64,000 bases of DNA from positions 448,001 through 512,000 of the forward strand of contig CAVYKI010000006.1 in assembly GCA_963769025.1 (NCBI GenBank), given 5' to 3'. Below, one piece after another: positions 40,658 to 50,708 of this stretch; within the stretch, counting starts at the first letter, position 1; each line of letters begins with the position of its first letter. The notes under the pieces were generated by a model. That model was not told where the DNA came from. It did no database searches and saw nothing but the letters and a program-made list of their open reading frames with translations. The position numbers and the translations under genes were made by a program. This DNA is from an uncultured Verrucomicrobiae bacterium (lineage in GTDB: Bacteria > Verrucomicrobiota > Verrucomicrobiia > Chthoniobacterales > Chthoniobacteraceae).

Positions 40658-40997
40658 TATTAGACACCCCCTTCCTGCCCGCAGTGGCGGGACTGAGAAA
40701 TCTGTTTGGGGGATTTATCGGAGGTGCGGAAAATCATCACGCTCGGTGCAGGTGAAGTATCCACTACAGATAGACGCGTCAACAACAATTCTTCGTTCTG
40801 AGCACAATATTTTGCGGTTACGTCGATCCAGTTGAAAAAACCACAACGCGGAAGTGCTGTCCAAGGCCTCGGCGTGAGGTTGGTTTCGGCAGGTGTTTTC
40901 CCGAGGCGATCACCGGTTTTGGAAGCCTTCTGGAGCTCATCTCTTCTTTTGAAAATCTGGGGAGTTTTCACGGCGCGTTTCCTTGGGTCGATTGGCC

Positions 40998-41585
40998 CTA
41001 GCGTGCTATCCGACCGGTCTTCCCAGCCGGGCGGGGCGGCGTCGCGTGCAGGCATTTTGCGAGCGCACGGCTTACGATCTCCGGGACCGGCGCCAGGCGG
41101 CCGAGGCCCTCATAGCCGCAGGCGAGGATGCCTGCTTCGGGTCCGATGAATTCCGCGCCTCGCTGTCTGAGCAGCTCCACGTTCGACTTCGTCGCCGCGT
41201 GCTCCCACATCTTTCCGTTCATCGCGGGCGCGATGAGGAGCGGCGCGCGTGTCGCCAGCGCGATTTCGGTGAGCGGAGTTCCCGCCAAGCCGTGCGCGAG
41301 CTCCGCGATCACATTCGCAGTGGCCGGCGCGATGAGCAGAAGGTCCGCACGATCCGCGAGATCGATGTGTCCCGGTTTCCAATTCGTCTGCGCATCCCAC
41401 GCGCCGGTGACGACGGGATTTCGCGAAAGCGTCTGCATCGTCAGCGGCGTGATGAAATCGCACGCGTGCGCCGTCATCACCACATGCACCTCAGCGCCAC
41501 CCTTCACGAGCTGGCTCGCGAGATCCGCGGCCTTGAATGCCGCGATGCTTCCCGTGACTCCGAGGATGATGACAGGCGCGCTCAA
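40998..41585 (-). CDS. coaC: Flavoprotein, phosphopantothenoylcysteine decarboxylase (stand-alone CoaC domain)
   Basis: LGVTGSIAAFKA, HIDLA, APATANVIA, APAMN..MW, GILACGYEGLGRL. Confidence 0.88.
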   Translation of the reverse strand: MSAPVIILGVTGSIAAFKAADLASQLVKGGAEVHVVMTAHACDFITPLTMQTLSRNPVVTGAWDAQTNWKPGHIDLADRADLLLIAPATANVIAELAHGLAGTPLTEIALATRAPLLIAPAMNGKMWEHAATKSNVELLRQRGAEFIGPEAGILACGYEGLGRLAPVPEIVSRALAKCLHATPPRPAGKTGRIAR

Positions 41586-41591
41586 GCAGGT

Positions 41592-42194
41592 TTAGAAATC
41601 CAATTCCAACCGCGTGCTGCGCAAGCGCTCGGTCTGCATGATTGCCCGGAAATTTTCAAAGTCCTGCATGGGAGTACCGCTGAGCATTGTGTAGCGGTAG
41701 TTCCTCCATTCGGCCATCTCTGATTTCGCATTTCGGAGACGAACGTCGAGCTGCTCGGGCGATTCCGTCGCGCGTTTCAGCAGGCGGCGGCGCAGTTCGT
41801 CCATGCTCGGCGGCATCAGGAAAATGTCCACCAGCGCCTCGCGCATCGGCCCGTCGGCATTCGCGCGGATGCGCGCGGCGCCCTGGATGTCCACGTCCAT
41901 GAGCACGTCGCGCCCGCTGTTCATGCTGTCGAGGATCGTCTGCCGGAGCGTGCCGTAGAAATTTCCATGCACCTGCGCGTGCTCGATGAATTCCCCGGAA
42001 GCGATGCGCCGCTCGAATTCCCCGACGCTGAGGAAATGATAATCCCGCCCGTCCAGTTCGCCGGGGCGCGGCGCGCGCGTCGTGCAGGAGACAGAATACA
42101 CAAAATCCGGCTCCTCGGCGAGCATCCGCAGCAGCGTGCTTTTCCCGCCGCCCGATGGTGCCGAGATGAGAAAAAGAATCCCGCGGCGTTTCAT
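41592..42194 (-). CDS. gmk: Guanylate kinase
   Basis: SAPSGGGKST, SVSCTTRAPRPGELDGRDYHF, HGNFYGT, DVDIQGA. Confidence 0.96.
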   Translation of the reverse strand: MKRRGILFLISAPSGGGKSTLLRMLAEEPDFVYSVSCTTRAPRPGELDGRDYHFLSVGEFERRIASGEFIEHAQVHGNFYGTLRQTILDSMNSGRDVLMDVDIQGAARIRANADGPMREALVDIFLMPPSMDELRRRLLKRATESPEQLDVRLRNAKSEMAEWRNYRYTMLSGTPMQDFENFRAIMQTERLRSTRLELDF

Positions 42195-43066
42195 TCGATG
42201 TTCTGGATTTGCTCGCGGATCTTTTCCATCTCCGCCTTGCACGACACGACGAGCTGCGAAATCTCCACGTCGTTCGCCTTCGCGCCGAGCGTGTTGAATT
42301 CGCGGCCGATCTCCTGGCACATGAACTCCAGCGTCCGTCCGACCGGCTCGTTTTTCGCGAGGTGATGCTCGAACTGATCGAAATGGCTCGCGAGCCGCGT
42401 GAGTTCCTCCGTCACGTCGCTCTTGTCCGCGAAAATCGCGATTTCCTTCAGCAGCCGTTCATCGTCCACCGGGACTTCGATGCCCGCCCGCGCGATGCGT
42501 TCGCGCAACTGCTCGCGGTGGCGTTTCACGACGTCCGGTTGCAGCTTGCGGACCTTCTTCACCGCATCGCGCACAAGCTTCAGCCGCTTGCGAAGATCGG
42601 CGGCAAGATGCTTCCCCTCGCGCTCGCGCATTATCAGGAGATCGGCGAGCGCATCGCGCAGCGCGGATTCGACGTGCGGCCACGAGGTGTCGGGTGCGAG
42701 CTGTTCCTCCGGCGCCTTGAGCACACCCGGCGCACGGAGCACGGTTTCGATGCTGATCTCCCCGGCGGCCCCGAGCTCCTTCTGGAGGTCGCGCATCGCG
42801 TCGTAGTACGTCCGCGCGAGCTGATGATCGAGCGCGAGGTTCTGTGGCGTGCTCGCTCCGGCGTGAAATGCGATGACCACCGTGAGACGCCCGCGGGTTA
42901 TCTCCGCGTTGATCGCGTCACGCACGCGCGGCTCGAGTTCGGCAAGTTCGCGCGGCAGGCTCACGACCACGTCGCTCTGCTTCCGGTTCACGGAGTTCAG
43001 CTCGACGCTGAACTTCGCGCCATCGTGGACGCTTTGTCCGCGGCCGTATCCGGTCATGCTTCTCAT
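42191..43066 (-). CDS. yicC: YicC/YloC family endoribonuclease
   Basis: MRSMTGYG, SVNRK, DVTEELTRL, GRTLEFMCQEIGREFNTLGAK, EKIREQIQNIE. Confidence 0.95.
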   Translation of the reverse strand: MRSMTGYGRGQSVHDGAKFSVELNSVNRKQSDVVVSLPRELAELEPRVRDAINAEITRGRLTVVIAFHAGASTPQNLALDHQLARTYYDAMRDLQKELGAAGEISIETVLRAPGVLKAPEEQLAPDTSWPHVESALRDALADLLIMREREGKHLAADLRKRLKLVRDAVKKVRKLQPDVVKRHREQLRERIARAGIEVPVDDERLLKEIAIFADKSDVTEELTRLASHFDQFEHHLAKNEPVGRTLEFMCQEIGREFNTLGAKANDVEISQLVVSCKAEMEKIREQIQNIE

Positions 43067-43111
43067 TGCGCAGATAGCTACGGAGATGCCGCGCAGCCTG
43101 CGAGAGGAAAG

Positions 43112-43837
43112 TCACTCGCTTGCCGCCGGTTCCTGTTTCGCGATCGCCGCCTTGCTGAATGCGCGTTCACCCGCGAGCCAGCGTTCCTGCGCGGCCGGAT
43201 CGCCGAGCGCCTCCGCGAGCGCGCTGCCGAGGTCGTACACGGTCTTGTCGAGCCCCGCTTCGAGAAATGCGAAGGACGTCCCGTCGCTCGCAACCGTCAT
43301 CGCAAGCTTGGACTCCGCGTGCGAGCCGCCCTTTGCCGTGAGGTCGTCGGGATTTTGAAATGCCCGCTCGCAGATGCGCACATCCGTCGAGTGCCCGATG
43401 CGGCACACGCCTGGCCGCGCGGGATGTGCGCTGCAACTCATGTCGCGGAGCAGGGGACATGGGCGTACGGTGCGAAGATGCTGATCGAGAGTGAGCGGGG
43501 AGACCGCGGCTGCGTGCGCCCGTGCGCGTTCGAGGACGGCATCTTGCTCCCCGGCGGTGAAATTTTGCCGAATCCAATCGGCGAGTGCGAAAACCTCGTG
43601 TGCCCGCGCGTCAATTTTTCCGAGGTGGCAGCACGTCCCGCAGCCGGCCTTGCAATCCACCCGCACGCGATGCGCGGTGAAGAGCTTCGTTTCGAGTTGG
43701 TTCAGCCGTTCGTGTGCGTGCAGCGTTGCTGCGTGCACATCCTGCGCGGTTTTCGCGGTGGCGAGCTCCTCTGCCGCCGCGTCACGGAACGAGGTCGCAA
43801 GTTGCAGGAGTTCTTCGCGGGTCGTGAAAGGCGGCAT
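43112..43837 (-). CDS. YkgJ/UPF0153 CxxxCxxCC putative Fe-S or Zn cluster protein
   Basis: CKAGCGTCC, CPLL, CSAHPARPGVCR. Confidence 0.85.
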   Translation of the reverse strand: MPPFTTREELLQLATSFRDAAAEELATAKTAQDVHAATLHAHERLNQLETKLFTAHRVRVDCKAGCGTCCHLGKIDARAHEVFALADWIRQNFTAGEQDAVLERARAHAAAVSPLTLDQHLRTVRPCPLLRDMSCSAHPARPGVCRIGHSTDVRICERAFQNPDDLTAKGGSHAESKLAMTVASDGTSFAFLEAGLDKTVYDLGSALAEALGDPAAQERWLAGERAFSKAAIAKQEPAASE

Positions 43838-44017
43838 GACGGTCGCGCAGCGTATCAGAACGAAAGAAAATCTCGCGTGGGAAATTGGGGGCGCGAACAC
43901 GTCCCGTCTCGCGTATGCGGAGAGCCGACGTTCATATCCACGGCTTTTGCGAGCGTTGCTGCACGGGCGGAGAGCGGCCTTGTCCACCGCGATGTCGGTG
44001 CTAGGTTTCGCCCGCTC

Positions 44018-45262
44018 ATGACCCTCCGGTATTCCACCGCCCTGCCGGGCATCCTGTTCGCTTCGCTCGCGTGCGCCGAGCCGAGCTACAAGAATTTCGA
44101 CGAGCCTCCGCACAATTACCACACGGCGCCGCTGAAGGATCGCTTCACGAAGCTGAAGGCCGACATCGAATCGCGCCGCATCCCGCTGGATCACAGCAGC
44201 GAGAAGGCGTTCGTCATCAGCCTGCTGAAGGCGCTCGATATTCCCGCGTCGTCGCAGATGCTCGTGTTCTCGACGACGAGCCTCCAGCTCCGGTTCATCA
44301 CGCCGCGCAATCCCCGGGCGATCTACTTCAACGACGGCCTCTACGTCGGCTACATCCCCGGTGCGAAGATCGAGATTCTTTCGATGGATCCGGAACTCGG
44401 CGCGATTTTCTACATGTTCGACATCCCGCATGACTCGCGGCCGATCACCGTAGAGCGCTCCGAGCGCTGCGTGAACTGCCACACGAGGGAGGATACGGGC
44501 TTCGTGCCTGGGATCGTGATCAAATCGGTGATTCCAGGCCCGACGGGCGGCAGCCTGAAAACCTTTCGCTCGGAGGTGACGGGCCACGGCATTCCGTTCT
44601 CGGAGCGTTTCGGCGGGTGGTATGTGACGGGCGACCGGGGCATCGCGCAGGAGTGGGGGAATGTGATCGGCCGCTTCTCAGGCGATGACATTTCTAAGAC
44701 CGTCATCCGTCCGGGGGACCTGTTTGATTTTGCAAGGTATCCCGTCGCCACGAGCGATATCCTTCCGCAGCTCGTGCACGAGCATCAGGCCGGGTTCGCG
44801 AACCGTGTGCTTCAGGCCTCCTACCGCGCGCGCACGGCATTCTACCTCGACAAGGGCAATCTCAGCGCCGCCCATTACGCGGAGCTGGATGAGCAGGCGC
44901 GCAGCCTCGTCCGCTACCTCCTCTTCGCAGATGAAGTGCCGCTCCCTGCGGGCGGTCTGGAGGGAGACGCGGCGTTCAAGGCCGACTTCGTGAAGGCCGG
45001 TCGCGTGGCACCAGGTGGTGCGACGCTGCGGGATTTCGATCTGCGCACGCGGCTCTTCCGGCATCGCTGCAGCTACATGATCTACAGCCCCGAGTTCCAG
45101 GGCCTGCCGCCAAAGATGAAGCAGCAGATCTACATTCGCCTCCGCGAGGCGCTCAGCGTCGAGAAGCCGGCGAAGGAGTATGCCTACCTGCCCGCCGCGG
45201 AGAAGCAGGCCATCCGCACGATCCTCAAAGGAACGCTGACTGATCTCCCTGCCGGTTGGTGA
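44018..45262 (+). CDS. Exported hypothetical protein with one CxxCH motif
   Basis: Signal peptide; SQMLVFSTTSLQ..ITPRNPRAIYF; CVNCH; ERFGGWYVTG; CSYMIYS. Confidence 0.8.
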   Translation: MTLRYSTALPGILFASLACAEPSYKNFDEPPHNYHTAPLKDRFTKLKADIESRRIPLDHSSEKAFVISLLKALDIPASSQMLVFSTTSLQLRFITPRNPRAIYFNDGLYVGYIPGAKIEILSMDPELGAIFYMFDIPHDSRPITVERSERCVNCHTREDTGFVPGIVIKSVIPGPTGGSLKTFRSEVTGHGIPFSERFGGWYVTGDRGIAQEWGNVIGRFSGDDISKTVIRPGDLFDFARYPVATSDILPQLVHEHQAGFANRVLQASYRARTAFYLDKGNLSAAHYAELDEQARSLVRYLLFADEVPLPAGGLEGDAAFKADFVKAGRVAPGGATLRDFDLRTRLFRHRCSYMIYSPEFQGLPPKMKQQIYIRLREALSVEKPAKEYAYLPAAEKQAIRTILKGTLTDLPAGW

Positions 45263-45276
45263 GGATTTCGGTACGC

Positions 45277-45312
45277 AAAACGGGCGCCTCCCGCAGTGCG
45301 AGAGACGCCCGT
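45277..45312 (-). terminator. Hairpin terminator between convergent genes
   Basis: Minus strand ACGGGCGTCTCTCGC-ACT-GCGGGAGGCGCCCGT followed by TTT. Confidence 0.6.
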
Positions 45313-45332
45313 GAATTGGCGAGCCGTGGCGC

Positions 45333-45719
45333 TTACTTCGCGGCTTCGAGCGGCGCGTTCGCGGCCTTCCAGCCGGAGATGCCGGCGGACAGGTGCTTCA
45401 CGTTCGTGTAGCCGAGTTCCTTCGCGGCCTTGGCGGCGGCGGAGTAGGCGTTGCAGGTCGGGCCGCCGCAGTAGGCGACGACGAGCGTGCTCTTATCGGC
45501 GGGCAGGAGCTTGGCGAGTTCCGCCTTCTGGGCACGGAAGTCGATCGCTCCGGGGATGTGGCCGGCTTTGTAGGAGGCCGAGCCATTCACATCGAGGACG
45601 GCGACTTTTTTTTCCGTGATGGCGGATTTCAGCTCAGCGACGCTGATGTCCGGGAATTCACCGGCTTGTGCGCTGACGGCGATGAATGCAGTGGCGAGGA
45701 GTGCGAGGAGTTTCTTCAT
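45333..45719 (-). CDS. Exported rhodanese-like domain protein
   Basis: Signal MKKLLALLATAFIAVSAQA; GHIPGA; YCGGPTC; GISGW. Confidence 0.9.
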   Translation of the reverse strand: MKKLLALLATAFIAVSAQAGEFPDISVAELKSAITEKKVAVLDVNGSASYKAGHIPGAIDFRAQKAELAKLLPADKSTLVVAYCGGPTCNAYSAAAKAAKELGYTNVKHLSAGISGWKAANAPLEAAK

Positions 45720-45924
45720 GTTGGTTTGTTTTTGTTGGTTCTGTTTTTTGGGATTGCCCCGTTGGAGGGGCAAAGTGGTGAGGGGATTCCTGCCGCGGAA
45801 GCGGTAAGCATCAAAGAGCGTAAATGCGCGGAAGTTGCGAATCTTTGATCGGTTTTTTTGTTCGTGGCACCGTAGGAAGGAAACGTCCGCGCGGCGATTC
45901 CGGATGCATGCGGTCGGCCCTTTG

Positions 45925-46497
45925 TTACTTCAGCCGCGAGATTTCGCGATGGCGGAAGCAGCACGTGAGATGGTCGTTCACCATGCCCGTGGCCTGCATG
46001 AACGCGTAGCAGATTGTCGAGCCGACGAACTTGAATCCGCGCCGCAGCAGTTCCTTGCTTATCGCGTCGGACTCCGCGGTGCGCGCAGGCACGTCCTTCA
46101 TGCTGCGCCGGCGGTTCTGGATTGGCTGGTGATCCACAAAGCTCCACAGGAGCGCGTCGAGGCTGCCGAGTTCTTCGACCACGGTGATGCAGGCCTTCGC
46201 ATTCTGGATGGTCGCGGCAATTTTCAGCCGGTTGCGCACGATGCCGGGATTCGCGAGCAGTTCCGCGGTCTTGCGCGGCGTGTAGCGGGCGATGCGTTCC
46301 ACGTCGAATCCGTCGAACGCCGCCCGGTAGTTCTCGCGCTTCGCGAGGATCGTGGACCAGCTCAGCCCCGCCTGCGCGCCTTCGAGGATGAGCATCTCGA
46401 AAAGATGCCGGTCGTCGTGGACAGGCACGCCCCACTCGGTGTCGTGGTAGGTGATGTCGAGCGGCTTCGTCGGCCAGGGGCAGCGGAGGGGTTCCAT
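45925..46497 (-). CDS. tag: DNA-3-methyladenine glycosylase I
   Basis: YHDTEWG, LEGAQAGLSW, IVRNRLKI, GFKFVGSTICYAFMQATGMVNDHL. Confidence 0.96.
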   Translation of the reverse strand: MEPLRCPWPTKPLDITYHDTEWGVPVHDDRHLFEMLILEGAQAGLSWSTILAKRENYRAAFDGFDVERIARYTPRKTAELLANPGIVRNRLKIAATIQNAKACITVVEELGSLDALLWSFVDHQPIQNRRRSMKDVPARTAESDAISKELLRRGFKFVGSTICYAFMQATGMVNDHLTCCFRHREISRLK

Positions 46498-46573
46498 GGT
46501 GGTGTGCTGAAAGGGAAAGCGCCCGGATTGCTCCGGGCGCTTTGAATTTTCAAAGCAAGAATCGGGGCCTCGT

Positions 46574-47989
46574 TTACACGTACCATTCCTGCCAGACCTT
46601 CCCCTTCTTCAATCCAGGCGTCGGCACGGGATATTTGCCGTCCTTGTCGGAGAGCAGCGGCGGCGGGCTGTCCATCGTGAGCTTGTCCGCATCCGGGCAA
46701 TACTCGTGCTCATGGTTCAGCATCTCGTCGAAGGTGACCTCTTGGCCGGTGTGCGCGGCCATGCGGCCCATCGAGGTCACGACGCTGGCTTCGACGCCGT
46801 ATTTGACTTCGTTGAACGGCTTGTCGCTGCGGATCGCGTCGATGAGATCGGTCCACTCGTTGAAGTGCGACTCCATCTCGTGCTTTGCCACGTCGGACTG
46901 CCAGATCTGGTTGCTCTTGCTCGGCAGTCTGTCCCTTGTACGTGCTCGAAGGCAGCCCGGTGTCCCCGCTCTTCGCGGCGATGGCCATGCCCTTTGTGCC
47001 GTGCACGTAGCTGGAGTAGATGCTGGTGCGCGCCGATCATGCAGCGGCCATCCATGTAGAGTTTCGCGCCGTCCTCGAAGGTGTATTCGACCGCGTAGCT
47101 GTCGAAATTCTGATCCACGTAGTTGTCGCGGTAGTGGCGTCCGCCGAGCGCCTGCGCCTTCACGGGCCAGGCGTTTTTCATCCAGCTCAGGTGATCGATG
47201 TGGTGGATGTAGAAGTCGCTGAAGCAGCCGCCGCTCGCCCAGATGAAGCTGTGGAAACGCGAAAGCTGCCACTGCAATTCCGTCGGCTTGCCGGGCAGGT
47301 TGTTGTCGGGGCCGGGATATTTTTCCGAGAATGCCGAGCCGATCGGCGGCTGACATGCGGTAGCCGCGCATGAGCATGATGTCGCCGATTTCGCCGTCCT
47401 GCACCCGCTTGTGAAGCTCCTGGAGCGCGCGGCTGTGGCGGCTGTTCAGCCCGACGCCGACCTTCAGGCCCTTCTTCAGCGCCTCCTCGTTCAGCTTCAG
47501 CATCAGGCGCGACTTCGGGCCGTCCGCCGTCACGGGCTTTTCCATGAAAATGTTCACGCCCTTTTCAACCGCATACGCGAAGTGCGCCGCGCGGAACGCC
47601 ATCGGCGTCGTGAAGATCGCGACGTCGCCCTTTTTCAGGCAGTCGATCGCCTTCTTGTAGCCGTCGAAGCCGATGAACTTCTGGTCCTCCGGCACCTTCA
47701 CCTGCGTGGCCAGGTTCCTCTTCAGCGAGTCGTGGCTGCCTTGCAGGCGGTGCTGGAAGATGTCCGCCATCGCGACGAGATTGATCGGCGGGCCGGTCTG
47801 ATCCATTGCGTTCTTCGCCGCACCGGTGCCGCGTCCGCCGCAGCCGACGAGCGCGATATTGATCGTCTCGCTGCTCGCGGCATGCACGAACGGGATGCTG
47901 ACGCCCGCGAGCGCCGAAACCGCGGCGATCTGGCCGGAAGTCTTCAGAAATTCACGACGGGTGGAGAGAGGAGGCTGGGAGTTGTTCAT
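46574..47989 (-). CDS. Gfo/Idh/MocA family oxidoreductase, Tat-exported (internal compensating frameshifts at ~46930-47350)
   Basis: TRREFL signal, GCGGRG, MEKP; the middle part (WASGG..HHID..PVKAQALGGR..DQNFD) lies in another frame. Confidence 0.85.
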   Translation of the reverse strand: MNNSQPPLSTRREFLKTSGQIAAVSALAGVSIPFVHAASSETINIALVGCGGRGTGAAKNAMDQTGPPINLVAMADIFQHRLQGSHDSLKRNLATQVKVPEDQKFIGFDGYKKAIDCLKKGDVAIFTTPMAFRAAHFAYAVEKGVNIFMEKPVTADGPKSRLMLKLNEEALKKGLKVGVGLNSRHSRALQELHKRVQDGEIGDIMLMRGYRMSAADRLGILGKISRPRQQPARQADGIAVAAFAFPQLHLGERRLLQRLLHPPHRSPELDEKRLAREGAGARRTPLPRQLRGSEFRQLRGRIHLRGRRETLHGWPLHDRRAPASTPATCTAQRAWPSPRRAGTPGCLRARTRDRLPSKSNQIWQSDVAKHEMESHFNEWTDLIDAIRSDKPFNEVKYGVEASVVTSMGRMAAHTGQEVTFDEMLNHEHEYCPDADKLTMDSPPPLLSDKDGKYPVPTPGLKKGKVWQEWYV

Positions 47990-48272
47990 GCCTGAGAGTC
48001 GGGTTGCGATTCGCCTCGTGTCAATCGCCGTGCTGCGGGAGACAGTTTTTTCATGCGAGCGGCCGGCTTTTTTCTAACAAGAAGCGACCTTCCGGGTCTT
48101 ACTCATTGTTCTGGGGGGAACATCGGGGCCGTCGGAAGCGTCTTAGGATACCGGCGGCCCCGAACATTTCGCCGCGATCCTCAAATGCGGCAGCCCTGAA
48201 TGTCCCGTGGTTTCCGGCGCGGCGTCCCGCAGGCATCGTTGGACTTCCTTCCGTTGCCGGAGAAAATACAGC

Positions 48273-48986
48273 ATGTCTCGCTTTTGGCTGCTGCTCCTTT
48301 GCCTCAGCTTGCTGGCTTGCAAGCCGGAGACTCCCCTGCGTGCGGCGGACGCCGTGGAGCGGGAGGCAATGGTCCAGACGCAGATCGCGGCGCGCAAGGT
48401 CAAGGATGCGCGGGTGCTCGCGGCGATGCGTTCGGTCCCACGGCATGAGTTTGTGCCCGCGGAGCTGCGCGCCTACGCGTATGAAGATCGCCCGCTGCCG
48501 ATCGGCTACGACCAGACGATCTCGCAACCGTACATCGTGGCTTTCATGACGGCGCAGCTCGCGCCGAAACCGGCGGATCGGGTGCTCGAGATCGGCACGG
48601 GCTCGGGTTATCAGGCGGCGGTGATGGCGAAGCTGGTGGCGCAGGTCTTCACAATCGAGATCGTGGAGCCGCTGGCAAAGCGCGCCGGCGCTGATCTGGC
48701 CCGGCTAGGTTTTAAAAACGTGCACGTCCGTGCTGGCGATGGCTACAAAGGCTGGCCGGAGGAGGCGCCATTCGACTCGATCATCGTGACCTGCGCTCCC
48801 GACCACGTGCCGGAGCCGCTCGTGCGCCAGCTCAAGGACGGCGGCCGGATGATCATCCCGGTCGGCGAATTTGGCAGGCAGCAGCTTTACGTGCTCGAAA
48901 AGCGCGCCGGCAAAGTCGAGCAGCGCGCGGTGTTGCCGGTCATGTTCGTGCCGATGACGGGGAAGGCGCGGGAGGACGGCAAATGA
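48273..48986 (+). CDS. pcm: Protein-L-isoaspartate O-methyltransferase with lipoprotein-like signal
   Basis: QTISQPYIVA, VLEIGTGSGYQAA, GDGYKGWPEEAPFD, FVPMTG; LLAC lipobox. Confidence 0.93.
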   Translation: MSRFWLLLLCLSLLACKPETPLRAADAVEREAMVQTQIAARKVKDARVLAAMRSVPRHEFVPAELRAYAYEDRPLPIGYDQTISQPYIVAFMTAQLAPKPADRVLEIGTGSGYQAAVMAKLVAQVFTIEIVEPLAKRAGADLARLGFKNVHVRAGDGYKGWPEEAPFDSIIVTCAPDHVPEPLVRQLKDGGRMIIPVGEFGRQQLYVLEKRAGKVEQRAVLPVMFVPMTGKAREDGK

Positions 48987-49020
48987 GGGACTTCACGACG
49001 CGGGATTCCGCTGAAACGCC

Positions 49021-50656
49021 TCAGACGTGCTTCGACATCCGCTCGGCGAGGCGGCCCAAGGCGGCGGAGTGATCGAGCGGGTCGAGTCGCACGTCGAGCA
49101 GGCAGTAGCTTTCCGTGTGCTTCGCCGCTGCAACCAGCGCGGCATCGAGCTGCGCTTCCGTCTCGACGAGGAATGCGCGGCCGGCACCGAGCAACTCGGG
49201 CAGCTTGTGGTAATTCCACACGAGCACGTCGTTGAACGGGCCTTCGTGGATGTGCCGCTCGGTGCCGTAGCCGGCGTTGTTGAGCACGATCACCACGGGG
49301 TTCAGTTTCTGAGCGCACGATCGACGAGAGCTCCATGCCGGTCATCTGGAACGCGCCGTCGCCCACGAGCACCAGCGGCCGCAGTTCTGGCCGCGCCATC
49401 TGCGCACCGAGCGCCGCCGGTACCGCAAAACCCATCGAGGCGTAGTAGGCCGGTCCGAGGAATTCCGTGCGCTTGTGGATGGAAAGGTCGATCGCGCCAA
49501 AGAGCGCGTTGCCGACATCGGCGATGACGATCGTGTCGTCGCCGATGAATCCGTTCAGTCGCTCGAAAAGCCGCGCAACGGTCACCGGAGCGTCAGGCTT
49601 GGGGACGAATTCCTGCGGCTGCGGCGGTGTCGGGCGCGGCCCCGTCTCGCGTTTCCGCAGATCCGCGGCGATGAGGCCGCGGAGGAAATCCTTGAAGCGC
49701 ACATTTTCGAACATGTGATGGCGGATGGAGAGCTTCTCGCTCGTCGCGTAGATGCTTTTGCCCAGGTCGAGCTGCGCGGTGTAGATGCCGAGATTGATGT
49801 CCGTCATGAAGACGCCGAGCAGGATCACGCAATCGCTGGATTCCACGTATCGCTGCACGTCCTGCCGCCCCATCGCACCTTCGTACAAACCGATGTAGAG
49901 CGGGTGCTGCTCGCTGATCACCGACTTGCCGAGAATGGTGGCCGCAACCGGGATGTTGGTTTGTTCGATGAACTTCAGGAGCTCGTTCTGCAGGCCGAAC
50001 CGGTGGATTTCCACGTCGGCTAGAACCACGGGCTGCTTCGCGGCGTTGATCATGCCCGCGGCCTCCTGCAGCGCCTCCGCGAGCGCGAGCGGTTCGCTCG
50101 CCTCGTGGATCTCCGGCGTGCGATGGTGGGCGAGCCCCGGCACGCTCACGAGGTCGCGGGGAAGTTCAAGATAGACCGGCCGCTTGTACCGCAGCGCGGC
50201 ATGAAGCACGCGGTCGATTTCTGCCATCGCGGTATTCGGATCGCTGAGCACCGCGGAAGCGACCGTGATCTGCTCGAAGACCCGCTTCTGCGTGTCGAAG
50301 TCGCGGACCTTATGGTGAAGGAGCGGATTCTTGTCGCGCTCGCTCATCCCCGGCGCACCGCTGATCACGACCACCGGCGATTTCTCCGCAAAGGCACCCG
50401 CCACGGGGTTCACAACCTTCAACCCGCCGACGCAATACGTGATGCACGCCACGCCCAGCCCGGCGACGCGCGCATATGCATCCGCGGCAAAGCCGGCGCC
50501 CTGCTCGTCGCATGTCGTCACGATTTTGATCCGGCTGGATTTGAGCTGTTCGTAAAAGCCGAGCACGTAGTCGCCCGGGATGCCGAAGACATGACGCACG
50601 CCATGTGCGTAAAGCCGTTGAATCAGATATTCGCCGATCTCGGTGCCTCGATTCAT
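49021..50656 (-). CDS. ThDP-dependent 2-keto-acid decarboxylase (IpdC/PDC family), frameshift near 49311
   Basis: VFGIPGDY, AGFAADAYAR, TYCVGGL, LLHH, GDGAFQMTGMELS, then LNNAGYGTER in the next frame. Confidence 0.88.
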
Positions 50657-50708
50657 GCCCGACATTAACTTCGAAGCGAACGGATTGCGAATGCTAACCG
50701 CCCGGAAG

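Noticed and set aside
40670..40700. Cobalamin riboswitch suggested by CCCGCCACTG (minus strand)
   Set aside because: The other conserved B12-element motifs are absent; a simple hairpin explains the sequence.
42209..44017. N-terminal extension giving a 1017-aa ORF
   Set aside because: It is the antisense of yicC and the YkgJ-like gene; the signal peptide starts at 44018.
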